Origin: an uncultured Planctomycetales bacterium
GTDB lineage: Bacteria; Planctomycetota; UBA1135
NCBI GenBank assembly: GCA_964464385.1
Contig: CAYXFZ010000004.1
Coordinates: 14,898 to 51,852 of the forward strand
Direction of reading: 5' to 3'
Length of the DNA stretch: 36,955 bases
Shown: positions 1 to 9,235 of the stretch, one piece after another
How positions within the stretch are numbered: position 1 is the stretch's first letter
Layout: each line of letters starts with the position of its first letter
Translations under genes and position numbers: made by a program
The notes under the pieces: generated by a model
Seen by the model: the letters and a program-made list of their open reading frames with translations, nothing else
Database searches by the model: none
Told to the model about the DNA's origin: nothing

Positions 1-238
1 GGCAATCTTCCTGGTTGAGTACGTAAAGAAGTGAGAAGGCCTCTTTGGAGGCCGTGTCCCGATACGTGGCCATGAGAGCGGTAGAAAGAGCATCACGGCT
101 CCATTTGCGCGCCTCACGGACCTCCTCAGCCATTTCGCCAAGATTGTGCCCATCTTCTGGGAGACCCACAGCCAGAGCTTCAAGCCTTTCGGCGAAGCCT
201 GGGTCCGTTCTGGGGGGGGTGGTCCGGGTAGAAGACAT
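1..238 (-). CDS. 5' part of a gene running off the window; possible ECF RNA polymerase sigma factor
   Basis: Not in the ORF track. Manual translation from ATG at 238 is open to the window edge: MSSTRTTPPRTDPGFAERLEALAVGLPEDGHNLGEMAEEVREARKWSRDALSTALMATYRDTASKEAFSLLYVLNQEDC. The 'D..LM..Y.....EAF..LY' segment resembles the helix preceding region 2 of ECF sigma factors. Product call is tentative. Confidence 0.45.
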   Translation of the reverse strand, partial: MSSTRTTPPRTDPGFAERLEALAVGLPEDGHNLGEMAEEVREARKWSRDALSTALMATYRDTASKEAFSLLYVLNQEDC

Positions 239-344
239 GGGGGTAGGGTCCCTAAATGTTAACCTAGGATCGGTTACGCTGTTTCTGGGCAGGAATCTTG
301 GTTTTGAGCCATCTTTGGCATGCCCCCTAGTCCCATCCCAAGTC

Positions 345-1400
345 TTGACCGGACAAGAACTTCCGAAGCTCACGGTGGCCAAAAACAAGGCCGCTGAACT
401 CCTCGGGGCCGAAAAGGCCTCCGATTTAGAGATCCTGGCTTGCCTCCCTGCCGGGAAAGTGGATTCTCTGGCGGTGGAGAGGCTCGCCAGTTGGCTGGAC
501 CAGGGCCGCGCCGGCGAAATGGGTTGGCTTGAAAATCAGCGAGAAGTGCTGCCGGATCTTCGCGCCTGGAAGCCTTGGGCCAAAAGTTTTCTCATGATTG
601 CGTTGCCATCGTCACGGCCTGCAGGAGGATTTCGTGAAGGGGGTCGCGTCGCTCGCTATGCCCTGGGCAAGGACTACCACCATGTCATGCGTCGGCGGTT
701 GGAAAAACTTGGCCGCCATTTGCAAAGGAAGGGTTGCATAGAAAGAGCACGGGCTGTCGTGGATGCCGCCCCGGTTCTGGAAAGAGAATGGGCATTGCAG
801 GGCATGCTTGGCTTTCGTGGAAAAAACACCTTAGTCATCCACCCGCATTTCGGCCCCTGGCTGTTGTTGGGAGGCTTGCTGGTGGATCAAGAACTCCCCA
901 CCTTCACTGCCGCCAAACAAACTCCGGAATGCGGAACATGCAACCGATGCGTCCAAGCCTGCCCTACTGGCGCCCTGGATGCCGACTACCAGTTGGATGC
1001 TCGCCGCTGCATCAGTTATCTGACCATCGAACACCGCAGTGCTATCCCTTTGGAAATGCGACCCTTGCTCGGAGACCATGTCTTTGGTTGCGATCTCTGT
1101 CTGGAAGCCTGCCCCTTCGGCGACAAGGCGAAGGACCAACAAGAACTCTGGGGAACCTTGCCCGTTCTCCAAGAATGGCGCCTGGAAGATCTCGTGGTTT
1201 GCTCGGAAGATCAGTTTCAGAAAAAATTCTCTGGCTCCCCAATTCGGCGGGCAGGATGGGAGTGCATGGTTCGCAATGCCTGCGTTGTCCTTGGCAATTT
1301 AAACCGCGGAGAGAAGGTCCTGCAACAAACATTGCAACACCCCTCCGCCCTTGTGAGGGAGCACGCCGCCTGGGCTCTGGATCAAATCCAGGCTCAGTAG
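345..1400 (+). CDS. queG: tRNA epoxyqueuosine(34) reductase
   Basis: Motifs GRVARYALGKDYH, VDAAPVLERE, GFRGKN, CGTCNRCVQACPTGAL, RRCISYLTIE, FGCDLCLEACP and RNACVVLGN, plus a C-terminal HEAT-like VREHAAWAL. The ORF-track start at 45 overlaps the divergent gene; start is more likely TTG 345 or GTG 375 (uncertain). Confidence 0.93.
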   Translation: MTGQELPKLTVAKNKAAELLGAEKASDLEILACLPAGKVDSLAVERLASWLDQGRAGEMGWLENQREVLPDLRAWKPWAKSFLMIALPSSRPAGGFREGGRVARYALGKDYHHVMRRRLEKLGRHLQRKGCIERARAVVDAAPVLEREWALQGMLGFRGKNTLVIHPHFGPWLLLGGLLVDQELPTFTAAKQTPECGTCNRCVQACPTGALDADYQLDARRCISYLTIEHRSAIPLEMRPLLGDHVFGCDLCLEACPFGDKAKDQQELWGTLPVLQEWRLEDLVVCSEDQFQKKFSGSPIRRAGWECMVRNACVVLGNLNRGEKVLQQTLQHPSALVREHAAWALDQIQAQ

Positions 1401-1476
1401 CCCCAATTCCTGCTGATTTTGCGAGTTTCTGGAATTTCATCCGGCAAAGAGGGTTTTCGGGAGGTTTACTCTCTTC

Positions 1477-1683
1477 ATGGACCAGCGCAACTTCTACGCG
1501 GAAACCAAATTCTGCAATCGGTGCCGGGACTATGTCCGCTATCTGCAGAGCCTTGCAGGTGCCTACTGCGTGGAGTGTGGAGCCAAGGTTCGTCTGTTCA
1601 GTCGCCAGGACTTTAATCAGTTCCTGCACTCCTTGGCAAAAAACAAGGGCAAAGCTGCAGGCGACAACAAACAGGTTTCCTGA
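1477..1683 (+). CDS. small zinc-ribbon-like hypothetical protein (68 aa)
   Basis: CNRC...CVEC pair, GGAGG upstream (1460-1464), and it fills the gap between queG and thiE. Confidence 0.7.
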   Translation: MDQRNFYAETKFCNRCRDYVRYLQSLAGAYCVECGAKVRLFSRQDFNQFLHSLAKNKGKAAGDNKQVS

Positions 1684-1718
1684 TTGCTTCCAGGTCGATC
1701 GGGTAGTCTGCCTTATCC

Positions 1719-2327
1719 GTGGCAGAATTCCGCCCTAGGCTTTGTCTCCTCCTGACCCGCGATTTGTGCAGGGCTGATCCGCTGGAAACCGTGATGGAGG
1801 CCATCCGAGGTGGCGCCGATTGCATTCAAGTCCGCGAGAAAACTTGGTCCTCCCGGCAACTGCAGGAATGGGGCGAGGAGTTGCAAGCTCGTTTGTCGGA
1901 TACCGGCACAAAATTGGTGGTGAACGACAACTTGGAGGTCGCCATGGCCCTCAGCGCGGATGGTGTGCACTTGGGCCAGGAGGACATGCTTTTGCAGGAT
2001 GCGCGACGCTTGGCGGGTGAGCAACTCGCCATCGGCATCAGTACCCACGATTTGGAACAACTCGCCGAAGCGGAACAGAACGGCGCCAACTATGTAGGTT
2101 TCGGTCCAATCTTTCCCTCAGCCACCAAGGCTTACTCTCAGGGTCTTGGACTTGCGTCCTTGCAGGAAGCCCGCAGCCAATCTCAACTTCCCATCTTGGC
2201 CATTGGTGGCATCACCCCGAAAAACTCTGGCCAATTGCCAAAGGGGCTGGGGATGGCAGTTTCCTCCGCAATCTGCGCAAGCGAAGATCCGTTTGCAACG
2301 GCCAACGACTTGCTCGCTAGTCGCTAG
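1719..2327 (+). CDS. thiE: thiamine-phosphate synthase
   Basis: QVREK, VVND, DGVHLGQED, IGISTH, GPIFPSATK and AIGGI motifs. Confidence 0.93.
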   Translation: MAEFRPRLCLLLTRDLCRADPLETVMEAIRGGADCIQVREKTWSSRQLQEWGEELQARLSDTGTKLVVNDNLEVAMALSADGVHLGQEDMLLQDARRLAGEQLAIGISTHDLEQLAEAEQNGANYVGFGPIFPSATKAYSQGLGLASLQEARSQSQLPILAIGGITPKNSGQLPKGLGMAVSSAICASEDPFATANDLLASR

Positions 2328-2345
2328 AATCCGGCCTGAAATCTC

Positions 2346-4130
2346 ATGGATTTCCTGCTCGCATCCAGCCTCTTGGCCTTGGCAGCCGGTCCTCTTCTGT
2401 TCCGGCTGGGTCGCAGCTCCCAATTCGCCTTTGCGGGCATGGACGGTTTTGTCCGCGTGGCAGTGGCTGGCCTCTTGCTCTTCCAGGTGCTCCCGTGGGC
2501 CATGGGTCATGGAGGTTGGCTCGCTGCTCCTCTCTTTGCTGTCGGCGTCTTTCTTCCGGCTGTCCTGCACCGCCTGATCTCCGCCCCCACCAAAGGGCCG
2601 TCATGGGAATTGGTCCTCGCCAGCTTCGCCCTGACCTTGCAGGCCTTTCTGGACGGGGCCGGTCGGACTAGCCACGCTGCGGTCAGCGACGCCGTACCCC
2701 ATCTGGCCTTGGCCGTCCTGTTGCACCGGCTGCCCGTAGCCATCGCCCTTTGGCTACTCATTCGCCCGCACTTTGGCCTGCGCCCCGCCTGCCTACTCCT
2801 GGGCACCATGGCCGTGGCCACCATTGCTGGCCACGGGTACAGCGGCCCATTTTTGCAGGGTAGCGGAACCTCTTGGCTAGCCTTTTTCCAATCCTTCATG
2901 GCTGGAATTCTCCTGCATGTTGTCTTGGGCCATTCTTTTTTGCCGGCCCTCCAGCAAACCAAACCCTCCCACTTCGCCGCCTCCGCTCTCGGGGGTGTGC
3001 TCGGAGGAGCTCTGCTGTTCGGCCTCGGCGACTTCCATTCCAGCTCTGACGGGAATGGCCCGGCTGAAGTTTTCTTGCGCTTGGCTCGCGCCAGCGCTCC
3101 GGCCCTCTTGGCCGCGTCTCTCACCATCGCCGCGGTCAAGGCCTTCCTGCCCTCCGGTCTGCGTGGTTTTTTCCACGGCAAAAATTCCCTCTCCCAGGCC
3201 CTTCGGGGCACGGTCGCCGGTCTGCCTGTGCCGATTTGTTCTTGCGGCGTCGTGCCGATGTATCGCAGTCTGGCCCAAGCCGGAACACCCCCGCCCGCGG
3301 CCCTAGCCTTTTTGGTCGCCGCCCCGGAAGTGGGTTGGGCCGCCATCCTGCTTTCCTTGGGACTCCTTGGCCCGGAACTGACCGTGGCCCGTCTGGCTGC
3401 AGCAGCCCTTTTGGCCCTGGTCGTGGGCATGGTCGTGGGCCGGATGATTCCATCTCCAACGCCGCCCAAGGCAAGCGAGCAGGAAGAAGCCATTCCCATT
3501 CCGCAAAGAATCCACCAAGGAGTCCGATACGGCTTCCGCGACGTCGTGGATGACACCGCGCCCTGGATTCTGGTCGGCCTCATCCTCTCCGCTTGGCTGG
3601 AACCGGCCTTGTCCGGTGAGGTGCTGCTGGGTCTGCCACGCGGCCTAGACGTCGTCCTTGCCACCCTCATTGGCATGCCCCTTTATGTCTGCGCTTCGGG
3701 CTCCACGCCGCTGGCTGCGGTCTTGCTGGCTGGTGGGCTTTCCCCGGGTGCCGCCATTGCTTTTCTTTTGACTGGCCCGGCCACCAATGTCACGACCGCG
3801 GGTCTGCTTTCCGGCTTGCACGGCCGCAAAGTGGCGATTGCCTTTGGTGCTTGCATGCTCCTTGCTGCCATTGCCGTGGGCCTATTTTGCAACGCTGTTC
3901 TAGGCAACGTGGCGATCATCGCCACCCCCCATCTTCACGACCAAGGATCCACCCTCGAGAACGCCTCTCTCCTCGGACTGATTGGCCTTTACTTGGCCTC
4001 CCTTTTCCGCCTCGGGGTGCCTGGTTTTCTTTCCCGAGTATTTCGCCCTCACGATGATCCGGAGATGGATCATGATTCCCTCAGTGAGGATCCATCCCCT
4101 CCCGATTCCCATTCCTGCTGCTCCCCATGA
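2346..4130 (+). CDS. ArsP/DUF318-type permease with N-terminal ZIP-like membrane domain
   Basis: Very hydrophobic. C-half has PICSCGVVP and PLYVCASGSTP motifs of ArsP-family (SO_0444-like) permeases. N-half has QAFLDG and HRLP segments reminiscent of ZIP TM4/TM5. His/Asp/Cys-rich tail ends HSCCSP. Confidence 0.8.
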   Translation: MDFLLASSLLALAAGPLLFRLGRSSQFAFAGMDGFVRVAVAGLLLFQVLPWAMGHGGWLAAPLFAVGVFLPAVLHRLISAPTKGPSWELVLASFALTLQAFLDGAGRTSHAAVSDAVPHLALAVLLHRLPVAIALWLLIRPHFGLRPACLLLGTMAVATIAGHGYSGPFLQGSGTSWLAFFQSFMAGILLHVVLGHSFLPALQQTKPSHFAASALGGVLGGALLFGLGDFHSSSDGNGPAEVFLRLARASAPALLAASLTIAAVKAFLPSGLRGFFHGKNSLSQALRGTVAGLPVPICSCGVVPMYRSLAQAGTPPPAALAFLVAAPEVGWAAILLSLGLLGPELTVARLAAAALLALVVGMVVGRMIPSPTPPKASEQEEAIPIPQRIHQGVRYGFRDVVDDTAPWILVGLILSAWLEPALSGEVLLGLPRGLDVVLATLIGMPLYVCASGSTPLAAVLLAGGLSPGAAIAFLLTGPATNVTTAGLLSGLHGRKVAIAFGACMLLAAIAVGLFCNAVLGNVAIIATPHLHDQGSTLENASLLGLIGLYLASLFRLGVPGFLSRVFRPHDDPEMDHDSLSEDPSPPDSHSCCSP

Positions 4131-6955
4131 ACTACGGACACCTTTTCCTTCTCGGGATGTTCGCGGGTCCGTCCTGCGCTACCCCTCAAAACCCCATTCC
4201 TCCGGTTCCTTGGGAACATGAGCAGTCGGATCTGGCCCCAGATCCACGCGTTCATTACGGCGCTCTCGATAATGGACTGCGTTTCGCTTGGGCATCCCAT
4301 CCCGAACCTCAACATCGTGCCTGGTTGCGCCTGCACGTGGATGTGGGAAGCTTGGCCGAAGAAGAAGGAGAGCGGGGAGTCGCTCATTTCTTGGAGCACA
4401 TGGCCTTCAATGGCTCGGAAAATTTCCCAGCCGGCGAACTGATCCCCTGGTTTCAGGAACACGGCATGGCCTTTGGCGCCGATTCCAACGCCCACACTTC
4501 CTTTTCCGAAACCGTTTATCAATTGGACCTTCCGCAAGCGGACGCGGCCTCCCTGCAAGAAGGACTGACTGTGTTGAGCGATTTTGCCGGCCGGCTCCTT
4601 CTTGAAGGAGACGAGATTGAGGCGGAAAAAGGAGTGGTCGATGCCGAGGATCGTGAGCGGGACTCCGCCAGCATGCGGGTCATGCTGGAAGATCTCGCCC
4701 GCCGCTTTGGCGGCACCCGGTACGCCGAACGCTTGCCCATCGGCACGAAAGAGGACCGCGACTCTTTCACTGCGGAGTCCGTGCGCCGGTTTTGGAAACG
4801 TTGGTATCGACCCGACCGCATGACCCTAGTGCTGGTCGGGGATTTGGGGGATCTCGACCCGACCTCCCTCATTCAGAACGCCTTTGCCGATTTGACCAAC
4901 CCACCGACACCCCCATCTGAGGAGCCGGCGATCGGACAACCCCAGCAATGGCAACATGATTTCGCTCTCATGGAGGAAGAGGTTCCTTTTGTGACCATCA
5001 CGCTGGAAAAAATCCTGCCGTGGCAGGATCGAGCCTTCAACCGAACGCGATTGACGAATCAAGTTCCGCTGGATTACGCCAATCGTATGCTGAACCAACG
5101 TCTGACCGAAATGGTCAAAAAAGAGGACACTCCATTCGTGAGTGCCTCCGTGAGTTGGGGCCCTTCTCTAAAAGCTTTCGAGGGACCTAGCCTGAGGATT
5201 TCCTGTGAACCGGCGCGTTGGCAAGAGGCGCTCGCTGCCGCGGAGCAAGAACTCCGGCGCGCCTTGACTCATGGCTTTCTTGACGAAGAGTTGATGGAGG
5301 CCCGTGCCCGGGGATTGCGCCGCTTGCGCGAAGCCGTCGCCCGCCAACCCAAGGCCTCCTCGCTTGGCTTAGCGGAATCCCTCGTCGCCGCGGCCGAAAA
5401 CCGCTTCATTCCGATCTCCGCCAACTTGCGTTTGGAAATCTTGGAACCAGAAGTTTCCGCGCTCACGCCCCAAGATTGCCTTGCCAGTTTGCAAAGTAAG
5501 TGGAAACCCGGCGAGTGGTCTTTGCATTTGTTCGGCAACGTGGATCTCGGTGAAAACTCCGAGGAGCAGCTGGCGGCAGCCCTCGCTCGTAGTCGCGATC
5601 AAGTGGTGGCCCCGTTTGCCCGAGCCTCGGCCGGAAAATTTGCCTATTCCGCAGTGGGCGAAGCGGCGCCAATTTTGGAAACAATCCGTAATGAGGAGTT
5701 TGATTTCTCTAGCGTCCTCTTTGCCAACAGTGTCCGCGTCCATCTCAAGCCCACCGACTTCCGTGAAAACCAAGTTCTCGTGCACTGCGAGTTGGGCGAG
5801 GGTCGCCTGTCCCTCGACAACCAGAAAACACCCCTTTCTTGGGTGGCCGATCAAGTCTTTGCCAGTGGCGGACTGGAAGAGCACAGCATCGAAGACTTGC
5901 AAAGATTGCTTGCTGGCCGCCTGGCCAACTTTGGTTTTAGCGTTGGCGACGATCGTTTCCTGCTGGAGGGCACCACGAGTGGCGAGGATCTGCAGCTGCA
6001 ATGTGAACTCTTGTGCGCCGCAATCGCCCACCCGGGCTTCCGGGAAGAGGGCTTGGTACCCTTGCATCGCATGATCCCGCAAGTCTTTGCCAACTTGCGA
6101 ACCCAGTTGGGCGGGCCGATGGGCTTGGAATTTATGCCCGCCTTGTGGCGCGAGGATCCGCGAGTTGGTTTGCCGGCCCAAGAAGACCTTCTCGCAATCA
6201 CCATGGCTGACATTCGAGCGTGGCTTGGCCCCTTGCTTTCCGAGGCACCCCTGGAAGTCACGATTGTCGGCGACTTTGGCCTGGAGGAGGCGAAAGAGAT
6301 CGTGGCCAAGACCTTTGGCAAACTGTCGAAGCGCCGCCCCCTGAAGGAGTGGCCAGAGCGATTGCAGTGGCCCGAGTGCGCCACTGATTTGCACATGGTT
6401 CGCACTATAGAAACCCGCATCCCAAAATCGCTCGTCGTCGTGGCTTGGCCCATGCCGGACGGCAAGGATGCCACGCGAGCGACCGCCCTCCAGGTCCTGG
6501 AGTCGGTGGTCTCAGATCGCCTGCGCGAACGCCTGCGCGAAGAACTTGGCGCAACGTACTCGCCGGCCACGCAAGGAGCATTCAGCTCGGTCTATCCGGG
6601 CCGAGGGGTTCTTTTTGCCCAGGCCTTTGCTGAACCGGGCCGCGCCCAAGAAGTTTTGGATTCCACCCTCCGCGTAATGAATGATTTTGCAGAAGAAGGC
6701 GCCAGCCAAGAAGAAATCCAGCGCGCCCTGGAGCCCTTGCGCAAGCGCTTACGGGACGCCCAAAGAATGAATGGTTTCTGGGTGAGTGTTCTGAGCGAGT
6801 CGGTGCGCAATCCAGAATCTTTGGTGGATTTGAGGGAAGCTGAAAATCGCCTCAACGCAATTCAACCGGACTCCTTGGCGCCCTTCCTGCCCCTTCTGCG
6901 GGAAAATTTAGCGGCCACCTTGCTGGTGCACCCGCAAACCGAAAGCGACGAGTGA
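4127..6955 (+). CDS. M16 family (insulinase/PqqL-like) zinc protease, probably exported or lipidated
   Basis: HFLEHMAFNGS inverted zinc motif, NAHTSFSETVY, E.GVV..E, C-terminal LREELGATYS. N-terminal hydrophobic stretch followed by Cys17. ATGA overlap with the permease stop. Confidence 0.92.
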   Translation: MNYGHLFLLGMFAGPSCATPQNPIPPVPWEHEQSDLAPDPRVHYGALDNGLRFAWASHPEPQHRAWLRLHVDVGSLAEEEGERGVAHFLEHMAFNGSENFPAGELIPWFQEHGMAFGADSNAHTSFSETVYQLDLPQADAASLQEGLTVLSDFAGRLLLEGDEIEAEKGVVDAEDRERDSASMRVMLEDLARRFGGTRYAERLPIGTKEDRDSFTAESVRRFWKRWYRPDRMTLVLVGDLGDLDPTSLIQNAFADLTNPPTPPSEEPAIGQPQQWQHDFALMEEEVPFVTITLEKILPWQDRAFNRTRLTNQVPLDYANRMLNQRLTEMVKKEDTPFVSASVSWGPSLKAFEGPSLRISCEPARWQEALAAAEQELRRALTHGFLDEELMEARARGLRRLREAVARQPKASSLGLAESLVAAAENRFIPISANLRLEILEPEVSALTPQDCLASLQSKWKPGEWSLHLFGNVDLGENSEEQLAAALARSRDQVVAPFARASAGKFAYSAVGEAAPILETIRNEEFDFSSVLFANSVRVHLKPTDFRENQVLVHCELGEGRLSLDNQKTPLSWVADQVFASGGLEEHSIEDLQRLLAGRLANFGFSVGDDRFLLEGTTSGEDLQLQCELLCAAIAHPGFREEGLVPLHRMIPQVFANLRTQLGGPMGLEFMPALWREDPRVGLPAQEDLLAITMADIRAWLGPLLSEAPLEVTIVGDFGLEEAKEIVAKTFGKLSKRRPLKEWPERLQWPECATDLHMVRTIETRIPKSLVVVAWPMPDGKDATRATALQVLESVVSDRLRERLREELGATYSPATQGAFSSVYPGRGVLFAQAFAEPGRAQEVLDSTLRVMNDFAEEGASQEEIQRALEPLRKRLRDAQRMNGFWVSVLSESVRNPESLVDLREAENRLNAIQPDSLAPFLPLLRENLAATLLVHPQTESDE

Positions 6956-9186
6956 CCAGGAAGCGACGCTCTCGGCTGGGCCTGGCGGCCGGGTGGTCCC
7001 CTTTTGGAATCGGGGCCATCAAACCCGGGCACTTCCGCGAAATGCTAGGCATCGTCTGGCAAAACCGCGACAACTTGCGTTATGCATGGCGCATCCTGAC
7101 GCGCGGTGTTTGTGATGGTTGCGCCCTAGGCACTTCGGGCCTGAAAGATTGGACTGTTGACGGCACGCATCTTTGCCTCGTGCGCTTGAATCTCCTGCGG
7201 CTTAACACCATGGGTCCACTAGACCACGCCTTGCTGAGCAATGTGGCCGACCTCAAGAAGCGAAGTTCGGCGGAACTGCGTGGATTGGGTCGCCTGGCTC
7301 ACCCCATGCGGCGGCGTGTCGGCGAGGCCGGCTTTCAACGCGTTTCCTGGGAAGAGGCCATGGGCGCGATTGCCTCCCGTTGGCAGCAAGCCCACCCAAA
7401 CCACACCGCCGCTTTCGTCACCAGCCGGGGGATCACCAACGAAACCTATTACGCCGCCCAAAAGGCAATGCGCTTCCTCGGTTCGCCGCATGTGGACAAC
7501 AGCGCCCGGCTTTGCCACTCTCCTTCGACCGCCGGTCTCAAGTCCACGATAGGTGTAACCGCCACCACCTGTTCTTACCGGGATTGGTACGATGCGGATC
7601 TTATCGTTTTTTTGGGCAGCAACCCCGCCAACGATCAACCGGTCAGCACCAAATACCTGCTGGAGGCCAAGCGTCGGGGCGCCAGGATCCTGGAAGTGAA
7701 CGCCATGCGGGAGCCCGGCATGAAACGCTATTGGGTTCCCTCCGATCCGGTTTCGGCCGTGTTCGGAACGAAATTGGTGGATCGGAGTTGGCTGGTTCGC
7801 ATTGGCGGCGACCTCGCCTTCCTGCACGCGGTTCAGAAAATTCTCTTGCAGAGAGGGAGTTGGAACCGGGAATTCATCCAAGAGGCCACGGTCGGGTTTG
7901 AGGAATGGCAAGAGGTGCTGGATGCTCAAGATTTGGAATCTTTGCTGGCGCAAGCGGGCAGCACGCGAGAAGAAGCCGAGGCCTTTGCCGAAGAAATTGC
8001 CGCCGCCGACAAAGGGGTCCTGGTTTGGTCCATGGGCATCACCCAACATGTACACGGTGCCGATAGCGTCCGTGCCATTGCCCACTTGGCTCTGATGCAG
8101 GAATGGGTGGGCCGGGACGGCTGTGGCCTGATGCCCATCCGCGGTCATTCCGGTGTGCAAGGCGGGGGTGAAATGGGCGCCTACTCCACTTGCTTCCCCG
8201 GCGGTCTGCCGATCCGGCCGGACACGGCAGAGAAATTTGGCAAACTTTGGGGCTTTGAGGTGCCGGCGGAATCCGGCTGGACAACCGTGGAATATTTGGC
8301 GGCCGCAGGGCGAGGGGAAGTGGAAGCCTTTTGGTGCATCGGCGGCAATTTCCTGGAAACCATGCCCTGTCCGGATCGCGTGGAAAAAGCCTTGGGTCGC
8401 ATTCCCCTGCGAGTGCACACGGATCTGGTGATTTCCTCGCAAATGTTGGTGGATCCCCTGGAAGAGGTTTGGATCCTGCCGGCGCGGACACGCTACGAAC
8501 AGCGTGGGGGTGGCACCGAGACTTCGACCGAAAGAAGGGTGATTTTTTCGCCTGAGATCCCGGGACACCAAGCCGGCGAATGCCGCGAAGACTGGGCCAT
8601 GATTCTGGACTTGGCGCGGCGAGTGCGGCCGGAAGCGGCTGATCTTTTGGGTTGTGCGGACGCGGACGCCATCCGGCAAGAAATTGCCGAAGCCGTTCCC
8701 TTTTACAAGGGTATTGAAAAGCTCAACCAACAAGGGGATCAATTCCAGTGGGGTGGGCCCCAGCTTTGCACGGGCCGAGTCTTTCCGACCGAGGATGGTC
8801 GTGCCCATTTTGTTCCGCTTTCCCCCCCCGAGGAGGAGGTGGTGGGAAAGGGTGCCTTTCAAATGGCCACGCGACGAGGCAAGCAGTTCAATTCCATGGT
8901 GCATGGCTGGCGAGATTCGGTGACAGGCGCTGAGCGAGACCATGTCCTGATCTCGACTGTGGACGCCCAGAGTTTGGGCTTCGTCGCCAACCAAGAGGTG
9001 TGCTTGCGTTCGGACCACGGCGAAATCGACGCCCGTATTTTTCTGGCGGAAGTTGCCCAAGGCACCGTGCAGACCTTCTGGCCCGAATCTAATCCCCTGC
9101 TCCCTCACGATCGCGTAGACCAAGGCGGCGGAGTTCCGGACTACAACGTCAACGTGGACATCCTGCGGCGAACCCAGGAAGTCTGA
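6952..9186 (+). CDS. FdhF/YdeP family molybdopterin oxidoreductase
   Basis: CDGC, DNSARLCHSPS, GSNPANDQP, WSMGITQH, PIRGHSGVQG and TRRGKQFNS, plus a fused C-terminal molybdopterin-binding domain. GTGA overlap with the M16 stop. Confidence 0.9.
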   Translation: MTRKRRSRLGLAAGWSPFGIGAIKPGHFREMLGIVWQNRDNLRYAWRILTRGVCDGCALGTSGLKDWTVDGTHLCLVRLNLLRLNTMGPLDHALLSNVADLKKRSSAELRGLGRLAHPMRRRVGEAGFQRVSWEEAMGAIASRWQQAHPNHTAAFVTSRGITNETYYAAQKAMRFLGSPHVDNSARLCHSPSTAGLKSTIGVTATTCSYRDWYDADLIVFLGSNPANDQPVSTKYLLEAKRRGARILEVNAMREPGMKRYWVPSDPVSAVFGTKLVDRSWLVRIGGDLAFLHAVQKILLQRGSWNREFIQEATVGFEEWQEVLDAQDLESLLAQAGSTREEAEAFAEEIAAADKGVLVWSMGITQHVHGADSVRAIAHLALMQEWVGRDGCGLMPIRGHSGVQGGGEMGAYSTCFPGGLPIRPDTAEKFGKLWGFEVPAESGWTTVEYLAAAGRGEVEAFWCIGGNFLETMPCPDRVEKALGRIPLRVHTDLVISSQMLVDPLEEVWILPARTRYEQRGGGTETSTERRVIFSPEIPGHQAGECREDWAMILDLARRVRPEAADLLGCADADAIRQEIAEAVPFYKGIEKLNQQGDQFQWGGPQLCTGRVFPTEDGRAHFVPLSPPEEEVVGKGAFQMATRRGKQFNSMVHGWRDSVTGAERDHVLISTVDAQSLGFVANQEVCLRSDHGEIDARIFLAEVAQGTVQTFWPESNPLLPHDRVDQGGGVPDYNVNVDILRRTQEV

Positions 9187-9235
9187 GCAGAGTTAGAATC
9201 TGCCTCCGCAAACTGCGGCCAACCCATCTGCAAAG

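Noticed and set aside
45-344. N-terminal extension of queG in the ORF track, and an out-of-frame ATG at 320
   Set aside because: The extension overlaps the divergent gene and is not QueG-like. The ATG 320 frame closes after 25 codons and in-frame TTG/GTG starts exist, so no frameshift needs to be invoked.
1684-1718. TPP riboswitch upstream of thiE
   Set aside because: The gap is only 35 nt and lacks the conserved TPP aptamer motifs.
7219-9123. 634-aa antisense ORF, plus other long antisense ORFs (2507-3676, 5369-6394, 18666-19751, 27310-28221)
   Set aside because: They lie opposite well-supported genes and have no motifs; such shadow ORFs are expected from GC-rich codon bias.
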